IMG/VR virus record: IMGVR_UViG_3300005573_000052
Direction: 5' to 3' (one strand)
Length of the DNA: 64,000 bases
Origin: a virus
Part shown: positions 49,401 to 58,637 of the stretch, piece by piece
How positions within the stretch are numbered: the stretch's first letter is position 1
How the letters are laid out: each line of letters begins with the position of its first letter
Position numbers and translations under genes: made by a program
The notes under the pieces: model-generated
Told to the model about the DNA's origin: nothing
Database searches by the model: none
The model's input: only the letters and a program-made list of their open reading frames with translations

Positions 49401-49570
49401 AACCCTTTCCACGCCAGTGTGCGAAGCACATCGCGGTCGGTCGCGGTCGGCTTAACACCCAGCGCCACGCGCTCCTCGGGCGAGATGGTCAGAGAAGGGA
49501 AGCGAACCAACCCGAGGTTCGGGAAGGACAGGGGGGTGAACTGGCTGAGAAAGGGGTTGGTTGGGGCCAT
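46493..49570 (-). CDS. dnaE: DNA polymerase III alpha (C-family) catalytic subunit lacking the PHP domain, intein-containing
   Basis: GRGSAASSL..Y.LGIT, PDIDCD, K.DLLGL, G.FQIE, A..RPG, FQEQ, F.KSHA.SY, C-terminal OB-like fold. Confidence 0.92.
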   Translation of the reverse strand: MAPTNPFLSQFTPLSFPNLGLVRFPSLTISPEERVALGVKPTATDRDVLRTLAWKGFLELEAKGAFAGINRETVIAQFKAEFVTFDKTGVIPYLLLVHDINRWADKQGIIRGYGRGSAASSLTNYCLGITRVNPIRHGLNFQRFISEARMKPVVKDGVVYVDGKAAPDIDCDYEYLRRADVVKYVETKYVGRTSKISTRLELTGKTALKDVLKVYAGYDEEEAKAVGGMIEARFGKVQSLHEAREKNEDVKKWLTLDPRNAEIFALAMAIEGAPVAKGQHPSGVLVAYDPLDGNIPTELSKTGDVVSSFDMETVAGLAIKIDLLGLRSADIVAQTAALAGERVEDIDVNSPVIYDYLNRCSTYMGLFQIEEGTTKEAVLQIKPRNIDDLSAAVAISRPGALAGLKQFADYTNKGLLKTIYPPVDEVLKPTGNVLVFQEQITAVCISVFGMSPIDADSVRYAVSKKKREEMAKWEAVLYENGRARGVPDVVIKYFWDVCNASADYLFVKCLHPATLVTTPDGPRRLDAIQPGDSVLAPSGFVRVVAVHTGYRPLYTAFLSNGRQITCSLDHKLKCVDGAMRTLRELLRHPTCPLLTEDNTSPIIEHWTGSNQPELTLDLEVDHFDHLFFANGIVVSNSHAFSYAYLSAATIYLKAKHPQAFYLTMLRLAREEPNPTEYMNSIIAEMKQTGVKLLPPSIIKSQSDFSLERDEATGETSIRFGLASVKGISDSTMAKLAGFNRSFTTKFDMFEAAKAAGINIAVLTSLIYSGCLEWPGVPRTKLALEAQLYNLLSKSDRQKRLVTQFAPEHDWDLTATIKGLADRKDEKGKVLLPASQLDTLRRNYQPYWDQYVANAKNEELCAYVMERHLLGFSYSGSLHQIFSTRVVGLLSVVQVLDKGRIAAEERAKVVAEHALKGTTPPKPARQDPVKLVCFVDEAKSCVSQKSKEPYIKLVLSDDTGSIKAMLHGSERVEACRSFNGGLPKEGDLVIVTATFARDGGILFADSLIIQPISVKLKRSDPGTVVI
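47663..48046 (-). mobile_element. 128-aa mini-intein in DnaE
   Basis: FVK/CLHPATLV...TCSLDHKL...LDLEVDHFDHLFFANGIVVSN/SHA; blocks A, B, F, G; no endonuclease. Confidence 0.9.
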
Positions 49571-49840
49571 GCGAGAGAGCGGTATTGTAGTCTGATTGGG
49601 TCCCACTAGTCAATCCCTAACCCGCGCCCGCGCCCAGACGTTATCTGGGGTCGCGCCGATGGGGAAGTGGCCAAGGTAAATCCAATGCTCGTCACGCATT
49701 CTCTCATACAGGCCAATGGGAGCGTTCCTCATGCTACCCCTCTCATCGCAAACTACCGTAAATCGGTCATACCAACCGTCAACCGGAACGCTTTGAGGCT
49801 GGTAGAAGTAGGCGAGATAGATGGGCGGAAAAATCATGGC

Positions 49841-50491
49841 TTAGCACTCCACTCGCTTGACCAGCTCCCTGAGCACGCCGCCCATGCGCGTGATATCGTA
49901 GGTGGCTGAGTGTGCCTCATTGGCCGAGTAGTCTATCCCAAACTCCTGACACATCGCGCCCAAGTTGGTCTTCATGCCCTTCTCATAGTAGTCGGAGCAC
50001 TGGTATTGGAAGCGGAGGAAGGCTTCTGGTGACGACAGATCGGGCACAAAGCCCTTACGGTAGGCCTTGGAGATGGCCAAGGTGTCAAGACACGGGCGGT
50101 AGAGATAGCTGTAGTTGGGAGTGGTGCCCATCAGGCGCTGCCACGTTGCCAGCATCGCAAAATCAAACCCGAGCAAGTTATGGGCCACGGCCCGGTAATC
50201 GGGCGAGAACAGAAGCGGCGCAAACTCGGCCCACACCTCGTGCGGGTCGCGCGCATTGGCGTCGTATTCGGCCCGGTCAAAATGGACCTTGCGAGCCAGC
50301 TCGGGATCAATGGTGAAATTGGGCCAGCGGATGAGCACCCGCTTCGTCCACCGCATGCCGTCGCGGAGAGTAAACTCGCCGTAGGCCAGTTCCCATGGGA
50401 GGGAGTAGCAACCGTTCAATCCGTTCGACTCGGTGTCGAGCAGAAGAAACTTCTGGTCCATTGCGTAACGCGTGAGTCCGCCGAATATCAT
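49841..50491 (-). CDS. DEDDh 3'-5' exonuclease (DnaQ-like)
   Basis: LDTE, HN..GFD, LDTL, HSA.YD. Confidence 0.85.
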   Translation of the reverse strand: MIFGGLTRYAMDQKFLLLDTESNGLNGCYSLPWELAYGEFTLRDGMRWTKRVLIRWPNFTIDPELARKVHFDRAEYDANARDPHEVWAEFAPLLFSPDYRAVAHNLLGFDFAMLATWQRLMGTTPNYSYLYRPCLDTLAISKAYRKGFVPDLSSPEAFLRFQYQCSDYYEKGMKTNLGAMCQEFGIDYSANEAHSATYDITRMGGVLRELVKRVEC

Positions 50492-50515
50492 AGAGGGGTG
50501 TCGGGTAACAGTGCC

Positions 50516-50545
50516 AGTATAGCCCGGTTAAGGCGCGGGTGTCAA
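50516..50545 (-). promoter_or_regulatory. sigma70-like promoter
   Basis: TTGACA-18-TATACT. Confidence 0.75.
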
Positions 50546-50884
50546 GGTGGATTGCTCGGGCAGCGAAACAAATGGAAACAACCTATAGCCCATGCTATCC
50601 ACCCATCCTGACGAGTAATCGTGCTTGTAGTCCCATGGACGAACCTCGTAAAGCCCGGGGGAGCAATCGGTTAGATTGATGATCTGGGACACAACATTGA
50701 CGGCCCCCGTGTCGCGCAGGTCATCCCAGAAAAACTGAACTCCCCAGCTTAACGACTCTACAGACAGAATCCGATAGAGCCAAGACACCACCTCGGGGCT
50801 AGTTTCGTCATTAACCTCAAGCCTGACGACACAGAAGTTCAAAGGTTCCCCGGGAGGGACGGAAGATGGATCAGGGTATTTCAT
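50528..50884 (-). CDS. hypothetical protein
   Basis: ATGA overlap. Confidence 0.55.
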   Translation of the reverse strand: MKYPDPSSVPPGEPLNFCVVRLEVNDETSPEVVSWLYRILSVESLSWGVQFFWDDLRDTGAVNVVSQIINLTDCSPGLYEVRPWDYKHDYSSGWVDSMGYRLFPFVSLPEQSTLTPAP

Positions 50885-51519
50885 GGGGAAACAGCGGTTT
50901 TAGCCACCAGCACGACCTTCTTGGTGCTCGCCCGTCCCTTGGCCCGGTGCTCCTCATAGGCCCGCTCGTAATCATCCCTCAACCCCGGTGCGAACAGCCG
51001 CCCCGCCGCACACTCCAGCATATCGGGATCAATGCCATAGGTTTGATGAATGTGAGCCAACTCGGCCCCTGTGACGGTCGCCCAGTCAAGGCTGTCTGCG
51101 ATAGGCTTGGCACGTTCCATATTCTGGGCAAGCTTGGCCTCCTCTGCGCGAATAACGCCTCGGATATCCGGCGCAGTCTTGGCCTGCTCCTCCGCCACTA
51201 GGCAGTGCATGGGTTGATTGTCCCATCGAACCTGTTCACGCGAACGGTTGCACTGGGTGCAGCGAGCTTGCCGGTCAGCATGGAGGAAGTGATGCGGATA
51301 GGAGAGGTTGGGAAACTCCACATCGTGATAAGCGTAGGTGGCACGTTGCACCCCGTCCCACGCCTCCGGGTTAGCCGCCATATGGTCGGCTACGATGGAC
51401 TTGGGAGACCGAGGGGGCGGCGGCGGAAGAGACAAAGGGACAGAAACCGCTCGCGCGGACCGGGCGAAAAAACGACGGATTCGGTTGATGAGGGGATAAA
51501 AGATGGAAAACGGATTCAT
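50881..51519 (-). CDS. hypothetical protein with Cys/His cluster and C-terminal alanyl-tRNA-synthetase helical-domain fragment
   Basis: VIRAEEAKLAQNMER...TVTGAEL..IHQTYGIDPD...YERAYEEHR resembles AlaRS EE..F..TLERG...L.G...F.LYDTYGFP.D...FE.AMEEQR. Confidence 0.6.
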   Translation of the reverse strand: MNPFSIFYPLINRIRRFFARSARAVSVPLSLPPPPPRSPKSIVADHMAANPEAWDGVQRATYAYHDVEFPNLSYPHHFLHADRQARCTQCNRSREQVRWDNQPMHCLVAEEQAKTAPDIRGVIRAEEAKLAQNMERAKPIADSLDWATVTGAELAHIHQTYGIDPDMLECAAGRLFAPGLRDDYERAYEEHRAKGRASTKKVVLVAKTAVSP

Positions 51520-52325
51520 GAGAGAACGGCAGAAGGTGTTTGGGCGGCAGTTCGGACCAGCTCCTGATACGCCGCGAACGAGAACAGCGGTGAGGACAGG
51601 TGGGGGACCTCGGGCTTGTCGAATGAGGACTTTTCGGCGAGGCACCGCAGAACCATCAGAGCCTTGAAATCGCCCGGTTCCGCATACCTGACACTCTTGA
51701 CCGGCCAGACCTCCGCCAATCCACCACTGTCCTTGACGTAGCCCTGCACGGCGGCGCGAATGAGGGGCGAGAATGGCAGTCCACCCCCATCCACCTCGTC
51801 ACACACCCAGTGCTTGATGCCGGATGGCAACTGGGGAACCACCCGGTTGAAAGTCAGGGTGTTGACGGCGAGGAACGAGGAGAAGAACGGGAGGGCTAGG
51901 ACGAGGTTATCAGTCCACAACTCCCTCACCATCGCCCAGTCCGCGCGGGCGCGCCCATCATAGTGGCCAATGGTGGCTGCACGGGACCACAGGCGCAACA
52001 AGTCGTGATAGCCTTGGGTGTTGCGACAGAACACGCTGATTGCACTCTCGGTCTTGGCGCTGGCCGGGTCCTTCTGGGCGGCGTCGGCACACACGGTCAG
52101 GCGCAAGCCGTAGATGAGCTGGACCTTGGCGGCTTTGGCGGACTTGTAGGCTTGCAAAAAACCATCAATCTTTCTGTCCTCTAGCACGACTTGGGTCAAG
52201 TTGCCTCGTTTAGTCAAGTCAAAGACAGATAACGCCCCACCGGGTTTGCTTTTCTCTGGCTCATCAAGAGTGAGTAATGAGTGTCCACCAATAGAGTAAG
52301 TAGAGGTAAAAACTGGAGTAATCAT
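51516..52325 (-). CDS. stand-alone PHP domain of the split DnaE
   Basis: P.F.S.YSIG..LL.L, K.I.GL.., F..N..GY.DL.RL.S, V.Y; the metal-binding HxH is absent. Confidence 0.8.
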   Translation of the reverse strand: MITPVFTSTYSIGGHSLLTLDEPEKSKPGGALSVFDLTKRGNLTQVVLEDRKIDGFLQAYKSAKAAKVQLIYGLRLTVCADAAQKDPASAKTESAISVFCRNTQGYHDLLRLWSRAATIGHYDGRARADWAMVRELWTDNLVLALPFFSSFLAVNTLTFNRVVPQLPSGIKHWVCDEVDGGGLPFSPLIRAAVQGYVKDSGGLAEVWPVKSVRYAEPGDFKALMVLRCLAEKSSFDKPEVPHLSSPLFSFAAYQELVRTAAQTPSAVLS

Positions 52326-53278
52326 AATTTGAGCTTCCATCCGTTAATGGTTCCGCCTGCCAACATAAATTGAAAATAGGTTCCCTGTTGCTTGCACCAT
52401 GCATTAAGATTTGTAATCACGACCTCGTTACCATTTGGGTCAATCATCACCCAATCTTTAACACTGCGCGAGCGATAATGAGAAACGTCCTTTCCGGGTA
52501 TTCTCCACCCTTGAGAAGTTTTGGTTATCCCGGCTAACAGATGATATATCGGCCCAGCTTTCAACCCGTGCTCCTTGCAAAAGGCCCGCAAACCGACTCC
52601 GCGATAGACGGTGCCATCTGGAGACTGCAAACAAAACTCCCTCTTGACGTTATCTTTTCGGTCAGGATGAGTCTTCCACCCTTCATATTCAATCGCTCGA
52701 CCAATAGCTACAGCGTGCAATCGCCCATAGTTTAATCCCATTTCGTGACAAAACGCCTTTAGGTTGACTATCTCCCTTTTGCTCCCGAGGGGGTCGTAAA
52801 GAACATAAGCCTTTGGGCCGCTAAACCCGTTTTGTATGGCTTTCTCTCTTGCTTTCTTTGCTTTCTCACGGTTGTTGGGGTCTGAGAAGTATTTTTTAAG
52901 CCATTCTGATTGGGCTTGTGTCTGTTTTTTTGTTCGTTTCGCTCCAAGCGTCCCTTTTGTTGGCTTCGGAGCGAGATTAAAGCCATATCGGCGGATTGCG
53001 CTTCGATAAGATTTAATCCAATGCTCCTCCCGTTCTAGCAGGTAAGACTCCCCCAATGAAGGGTCTATGTCTTCCACGATTTCGATAGACATTCCTTGGT
53101 CTCCGTATTTATCAAACGCTCGTTGAAGGTAAGAATTATCATGCTTCCCGGCTTCTAATTGGCCAAGATGATGTGTGGCTCGTAAGGGCCAGCGCGCGGT
53201 TGAACCCACGTAAACCTTGGGTGAAGCCATAAAACGGATAACGTAAATGCAAGACGAAAAGGAAGATTGAGAACGCAT
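52322..53278 (-). CDS. GIY-YIG homing endonuclease with C-terminal repeats
   Basis: CIYVI......YVGS....R...H..L..GKH.N..LQ.AF.KYG...E..E.WI...FN; AT-rich. Confidence 0.85.
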   Translation of the reverse strand: MRSQSSFSSCIYVIRFMASPKVYVGSTARWPLRATHHLGQLEAGKHDNSYLQRAFDKYGDQGMSIEIVEDIDPSLGESYLLEREEHWIKSYRSAIRRYGFNLAPKPTKGTLGAKRTKKQTQAQSEWLKKYFSDPNNREKAKKAREKAIQNGFSGPKAYVLYDPLGSKREIVNLKAFCHEMGLNYGRLHAVAIGRAIEYEGWKTHPDRKDNVKREFCLQSPDGTVYRGVGLRAFCKEHGLKAGPIYHLLAGITKTSQGWRIPGKDVSHYRSRSVKDWVMIDPNGNEVVITNLNAWCKQQGTYFQFMLAGGTINGWKLKL

Positions 53279-53334
53279 ACCCTCCAATACACCTAGAGAG
53301 TAGAGGATTTGATACAATCCTACAAAAATCTTCA

Positions 53335-53429
53335 CCCGCCTTTTCCTTGCCGGGCTCGTCAAGGTTGAGCAGAGACGCGCCTCCGATGCTGTAGGTGCTG
53401 GTGAAGACGGGGGTGACGGAGGATGTCAT
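53335..53429 (-). pseudogene. orphaned original 5' end of the PHP gene
   Basis: MTSSVTPVFTSTYSIGGASLLNLDEPGKEK, GC3-rich, versus the AT-rich MITPVFTSTYSIGGHSLLTLDEPEKSK at 52325. Confidence 0.8.
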
Positions 53430-54738
53430 GGAGAGTTGTCCTGAAGAATCCGCACCGCGCCGCGCATGGTGGACAGGGCTGTTTCGGCGTCCCTAATCTG
53501 GGCAAACAACTCGTCCAGTGAGAAGGTAGGACGCGAACCAAGCGCGGAAAAGTAGACCTCGCCCGAATCGGTGATGGTGAAGCGACCAAGGCAATTATAC
53601 ATGCCGAAAAGGTCAAGACCGCGACGGCCAAGGTGATAACCCGAATCGGTTTTCACCATAACCCGTTCGCAGTTCGCGCGGATAGATTCGAGGATGGCGG
53701 GGTCAATGTCGGCAGTGGTCATCATACCAGTGAATCCGTTCCCACCCACCCCAGTACCTCGTCATACTGTTTCTTGATCTCAGGTGGCACGAGGGCGAAA
53801 ATAGCGTCATAACTCCACTCACCATCCCTGAACACGCGCCCGTCGCCGTCCCAGTCGGTAATACTGGGCTCGATGGCCGCGACGATGCTACGATCAACAT
53901 CCGTCTCGACTGAAAACCCGTTGAGCCCGGCTTCGGCCAGTGACGGGCCATCTGCCCAACTGCACCGGTTGAGGTAGAGGTAGTGGGCGAGGCGAAGGTG
54001 ACGGTTGAGACTTAGAACATGGTCAAGCACGTCGTGCGGAGTGGCGGTCACGGGCAATCCGTAGCGCCCTTGATAGACACCCAGCAGCCGGACCTTTTCG
54101 GTCTTCGCAGCCTCCTCGTCCGCCTTGCGCTTTGCCTCCGCCTCTTCGGCGCGCTTGCAGGTGACGTAGGTCTGGATGTCGGCCAAGAACCGCTTGTAGT
54201 CGGACTCAACCGATGCATAACCGTCATCGGTGCGAATCTCACGCTGGATATCGTCTATCCAGCCCGCGTTAACCGAGTAGCTTCGCTGGGTTCGGGCGCG
54301 CCCCGTGGCTCCGTAGTCTCTCTTGGTCCACTTGGACGGCATCTTGATAGACCCCATCAGCGCGGTCAGGGCGGCAATCAAGCGCTGGTTGGATTCGATG
54401 GCGGGGACGTTCTTGGCGTGAATCTCCTCCGCCTTAGCCTTCATCTCCTCGGCTAGCTTCTTGCAATACGCCTCGACTTGGTCGGCGGTCCGCTTAGACC
54501 CATAACGGCGTTCATAGTCACTGCCGCCGTAGTAGTAGCTCTCGTAATCCGAGATGGAGATTTGACGACGCCCAAAGCCGTTGCACTGCTCGACTGGTTG
54601 GATGGGCGGGTAGTTGTTGACCGCGACGGTCTCAATCCGCTTATACTCAGCCTCAGTCTTGGTCAGGGCCTCGTTCAACACTTCGCGCAGACGGTCAGTC
54701 GGAGATTCCTTGGAGGAGGAGACGGATAGGTAGGGCAT
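53426..54738 (-). CDS. two hypothetical CDSs (53426..53749, 53722..54738)
   Basis: ORF track; promoter 54746-54775. Confidence 0.65.
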
Positions 54739-54745
54739 GGGGAGG

Positions 54746-54775
54746 AGGATAGCAGAGTTGGGGCGCGCCTGTCAA
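54746..54775 (-). promoter_or_regulatory. sigma70-like promoter, probably leaderless
   Basis: TTTCGCGC-TTGACA-18-TATCCT-7-ATG; TGA is the stop of 54772..55242. Confidence 0.78.
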
Positions 54776-56400
54776 GCGCGAAACACATCCCCCGCATATC
54801 GCGTGCCCGCCTCGTGAGCCGACATGCGCTCGCCCTTGTAGGTCGGAACCCCGCCAAGCCGCGTGACAAGATTGAAATGGCGAACGGCTTGCCCCTTGGC
54901 CGACCCGACACACCTCGTGCACACCAGTCTGCCGGGACTTAACTCGTGCAGTATGACAGGGACCGAAGCCGATTCGTAGGCGTAGCCCATGCCTTGGCGG
55001 TAGTGGCTCTTGCCGCAGTGCGCGCAGATGGGGTAACGGCTGAGCTTCTTGCGGTCGATGGGGCGGAGAAACACGTTACCGGCGGCGATATCACCCGGTT
55101 GAATAACGTCGTAGCGAGCCGTGGACCAGCCGGTCGCGGGCCTGCGCCAGTTACGCCAAGCCAAGTCGCCCGGTTTGCACTGGGTGCCTACACGAGTAAG
55201 CGGGCGGTAACCTTGGGGGACTGGGGGAGGGGTGCGGTTCATGCCTTGGCCTCCGTAAACCGCTCGGCCAGCTTGGTCAGCGTGGCGCGCAATGACACTA
55301 CCTCAGGATGGTCCTTGAGACCCTCGCTCTCCAGCTTGCGCAGAAACTCAACCGATTCCTCAACCGCCTGAACCATGAACGGCGAGAGCACCTTGATGAC
55401 CCCACGCAGCCTCAGCACCTCAGCCAAGTCGCCCACGACCGGGTCGGGGACAGCGGGTAGTTTGGCGGCTATCCGGTCCGCGCGAATCTGGGCATCCGCC
55501 TGACGCGGCGGCTTGACGGGCGGCATGGGCACCTTGGCGCAAGTGCGAGGAAGATGATCGAAGTCGCTCATTGCTCAATTGTCTCCTCCGTGCCTAACCG
55601 GGCAATCACCTCACGCACTCGGGCAAGCTGCCTCTCCAGTTCGACCTCCTGTTCCCGGTAATTCTTCAGTATCTCCTTTAGGGCTTCGTCCATGGTTAGA
55701 TGGCACGAATAACCGGACGCACGCAAGGGAAACGCGCATTCGACAATGGTTTCATTGCCTCGGGCGTAAGCGAAAGTATCATCAACCCGGGAAACAATTA
55801 GCTCTTGGGGGTTAGGGTCGAGTCGGGAAACCCGATAAAGCGTTATCATACCCACTCCTCCCTCACCGTCCCCGCCGGTTTCCATGTCTTGCCTTGGTCA
55901 ACCGAGCACTCCATCGCATCCATTACGTAGGAGTAGTCAAGGAACTCATTGTCTCTTGCATCGACCCGAAATCCACCATAAGCCACGCTGGTAATGAGAT
56001 AGGAGGCGCTGGGATGATCTTTCCATCTGACCCAACCACCCAATGGGGCAGTTTCAGCCGTCCACGGTTTGACCCGACGCCTGCTCAGCTCATCCACAAA
56101 CGGTTTGACCACACGGTCGCGGACAATCTCCCGGGTAAAATTACCCATAATGTGCTTGAATTCCTTGTCGGCCGGGACAGAGGGGAGGGGCATCCAGTAA
56201 AGGGGTTCCGATCCACCATCTGTAAAATGGTCGTGGGCATGATCGCGCCAAGTGCCTTCTACCCAGCAACACGCCTGATAGCGCAGCGGGGTAGAAGTGT
56301 AGCCCGACTCGCCCGCGACAAGGATATAAGTGCCGTCGCGCGGCGCAGTGGCGATGGGTTGGAGGACGGGGGTGAGGATCGGGGCGGATGAGGAGGACAT
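54772..56400 (-). CDS. four hypothetical CDSs (54772..55242, 55239..55571, 55568..about 55850, 55846..56400 DUF551-like)
   Basis: the last has QPIATAPRDGT.IL and P..WMPLP. Confidence 0.55.
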
Positions 56401-56407
56401 GGGTGGC

Positions 56408-56437
56408 ATCATAGCCCAGTTACCCCACGCTTGTCAA
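56408..56437 (-). promoter_or_regulatory. sigma70-like promoter, probably leaderless
   Basis: TTTCGCGC-TTGACA-18-TATGAT-7-ATG. Confidence 0.78.
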
Positions 56438-56464
56438 GCGCGAAATGCGCCCGGTCCGCGCGGC

Positions 56465-57279
56465 TCAGTTCTCCCGCGCCCCGTGCAACGCCTTGGCCGT
56501 TTCGCGCGGACTATCGGCGATCAACCGACCTGTTAACTTGCCCACGCCCACCGCAACCAAATCGGCCAACTCAGTAGTGCGACCCTCATCAACCAGCCGG
56601 TTGACAAAGGATGTGGTCTTGAGCCAATGGCCCCGGTCCTTGATATACAGGATGGACTCGCTCGCGCGGACGGGGTATTCGCGACCGGCGAGGAAGATGG
56701 TGGGAGGACTAGACTGGGAGGTCTTGGTTGACATCAGCGGGACTCGCTAACCTCGGAAAACAGAGGAGGAAGCCATCCGCCCCCACCCCGGATAAAAGCC
56801 GCCTCGGTCTGCTCGGGCAGTTCTGCGTCACACCCATCCGCGCCCATTCCAATGCGCCGACGTGACACGATGCCGACGCGGCAGGTTTCGGCGGGGATGG
56901 TGTGGTAGATGTCGCCCCGTGGGGTCCTCAGTGGATAGGGGGCAAATTCAACGAGGAAGGCGGAGGAGGTTTGTGAAGTGGGCATGGAAAATCAGTTGTC
57001 GTCCGACTCAGGCCCATAGATGTAGTCAAGGATGCGCCGCGCCATCCAGTTCTGGACCGTGCCGGTCAGAGTCTGCTCCCGGTGCAAGTATACCGCCACG
57101 ATTTGATCGCGGCCATAGAGTGCCCAAAGCAAATGGCTCCACCACTGATAGGCCTTGGCAGAAACAAAAGTTCCAATTGAGCACTCGTTATACCGGTAAC
57201 GCTGATAACCGTGCAGGTTGGGACTGGCGGGGTCGAAGATGCGAGAGTCAGACATGGGGTTGGGAGACAGGTCCATCAT
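56465..57279 (-). CDS. three small hypothetical CDSs (56465..56734, 56734..56985, 56992..57279)
   Basis: ORF track. Confidence 0.5.
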
Positions 57280-57304
57280 AGGAGGATTGGGGTGAGAATG
57301 TCAA
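57275..57304 (-). promoter_or_regulatory. sigma70-like promoter
   Basis: TTGACA-18-TATGAT; TGA is the stop of the nuclease. Confidence 0.7.
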
Positions 57305-58287
57305 GTCGCCGGTTCGCGCCAACGGAGGGTGCACCCCTTGTGTGCCCGCTCCACCACCCGTTCACCCGGTTTCAGGGCCTTGTTCGCGGCTTCGGGACTC
57401 AGGTGAGAGGAGACAGGGGTGAGTCCCTCGGGGTCGGTGGGGGCTAGGACGACCCAGTATGGGTGCGGTGCATAGTGGGAGCACACCCGTTGGCAGAAGC
57501 CCAAGTCAGAGCACGGCGACACGTAGGCGTCATCCAGTCCGAAAGTCTTGAGCCGCTGGGACATGGAACATAGATAGGCCTCCAACCCGGCGAGAACCTC
57601 GGGCGACGAAGGCTCAACCACCATCAAGTGCTTCTCCGGGGTCCGTTTAGTTGGTCCATGCCTCAGATAGACAAACTCGACCCGGGCGAGCTTGCAAAAA
57701 TGCTTCCAGACGTAAAGTTGATACACCATCCCCTGAATGGAATTGACGGTGTCGGCTACGGTGGGCTTGGACCCGGCCGACTTGAAGTCCCGTATCACCA
57801 TGATATCGCCCTCCTCCGCCATGTCGTCAATGAAGCCACGCACGATGGTGCCGTCCTCCAGCACGAGATTGAACTCGTGTTCCGGGCCGTGGGTGATAGG
57901 CTCCCCCGTCTTCTCGTCCTTGTTCGCGCCGGTCCAGTGGAAGTCGATGCAGAGGAGGCCGACATAGAGCATGCCATCCAACTCGTCAATCAGCTTCTGC
58001 TCGATGCCATGTTTGTCCTGCCACATGCGCACAAGGCGCGCGACGGCGGGAGAGGCCCGGTGGTTCACACTGGTCTTGGGTGCAGTGATGGTATCGAAGT
58101 GGTGGCGGTGACGGGGGTGGCGGAGACACTCAAAGATGGAGTGGCAAAGGCTGCCCATCACGGTCTTGGCCCACGTCTTCTCGGGCAGCTTGAGCACCCG
58201 GGAGTAGTAGAACGCCAAGGAGCAGTCAATGAGCGCGCGAACGGACGACGCGCTGAGGCGGGAATAGGAGGGGGCGGGAGTGCTCAT
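57301..58287 (-). CDS. PD-(D/E)xK RecB/Cas4-like nuclease
   Basis: LSASS......C...Y, RG.ID, I.DFKS, Q..VY, C...FC..C. Confidence 0.8.
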   Translation of the reverse strand: MSTPAPSYSRLSASSVRALIDCSLAFYYSRVLKLPEKTWAKTVMGSLCHSIFECLRHPRHRHHFDTITAPKTSVNHRASPAVARLVRMWQDKHGIEQKLIDELDGMLYVGLLCIDFHWTGANKDEKTGEPITHGPEHEFNLVLEDGTIVRGFIDDMAEEGDIMVIRDFKSAGSKPTVADTVNSIQGMVYQLYVWKHFCKLARVEFVYLRHGPTKRTPEKHLMVVEPSSPEVLAGLEAYLCSMSQRLKTFGLDDAYVSPCSDLGFCQRVCSHYAPHPYWVVLAPTDPEGLTPVSSHLSPEAANKALKPGERVVERAHKGCTLRWREPAT

Positions 58288-58637
58288 GACTCGTCCTCCT
58301 GCTCCAACTCCAACAGCTCCACCGTCTGTCCCCGCAACTCGTGAGTGCAGTCGTCAAGGAACTGGACTATGCCGTCATTGAGCCAGACGTGGCAGACTAT
58401 CTCCGCTCCGCCCTCTCCATGCGTTGTTGTCTTGATGGACGGTTTGAGGGTAGGTTTATCCACGTCGCCGTTCCAAGTCCAGTTGGGTGTTCCGGCTCTG
58501 CTACCCCCAATCATCACGGGGAGGAGCAGCGTGCCTACGGGGCCGGGCAAGCGAAACTTGAGATGAGTGGCCACGGCGGGTTCACACGGGGTGAACGTGG
58601 AGTCGGCGTCCGACCAGAGATAGGGGCGGGATTTCAT
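58284..58637 (-). CDS. DUF6527-like protein
   Basis: W.WNGD..KPTL.PSI, CH....DG..QFL.DCTH.L.GQTV.L. Confidence 0.75.
   Translation of the reverse strand: MKSRPYLWSDADSTFTPCEPAVATHLKFRLPGPVGTLLLPVMIGGSRAGTPNWTWNGDVDKPTLKPSIKTTTHGEGGAEIVCHVWLNDGIVQFLDDCTHELRGQTVELLELEQEDES

Noticed and set aside
48431-49609. 392-aa plus-strand ORF and the many other plus-strand ORFs
   Set aside because: They lie opposite well-supported minus-strand genes and have no promoters or motifs; only the LAGLIDADG at 18978 is accepted.
52322-53429. Group I intron in the PHP gene
   Set aside because: The flanks are duplicated rather than complementary exons, the downstream copy has its own coupled ATG, and no P-Q-R-S core was recognised.
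57301-58287. Cas4 as part of a CRISPR-Cas locus
   Set aside because: No cas1/cas2 or array; it sits in the replication module like ordinary phage PD-(D/E)xK nucleases.
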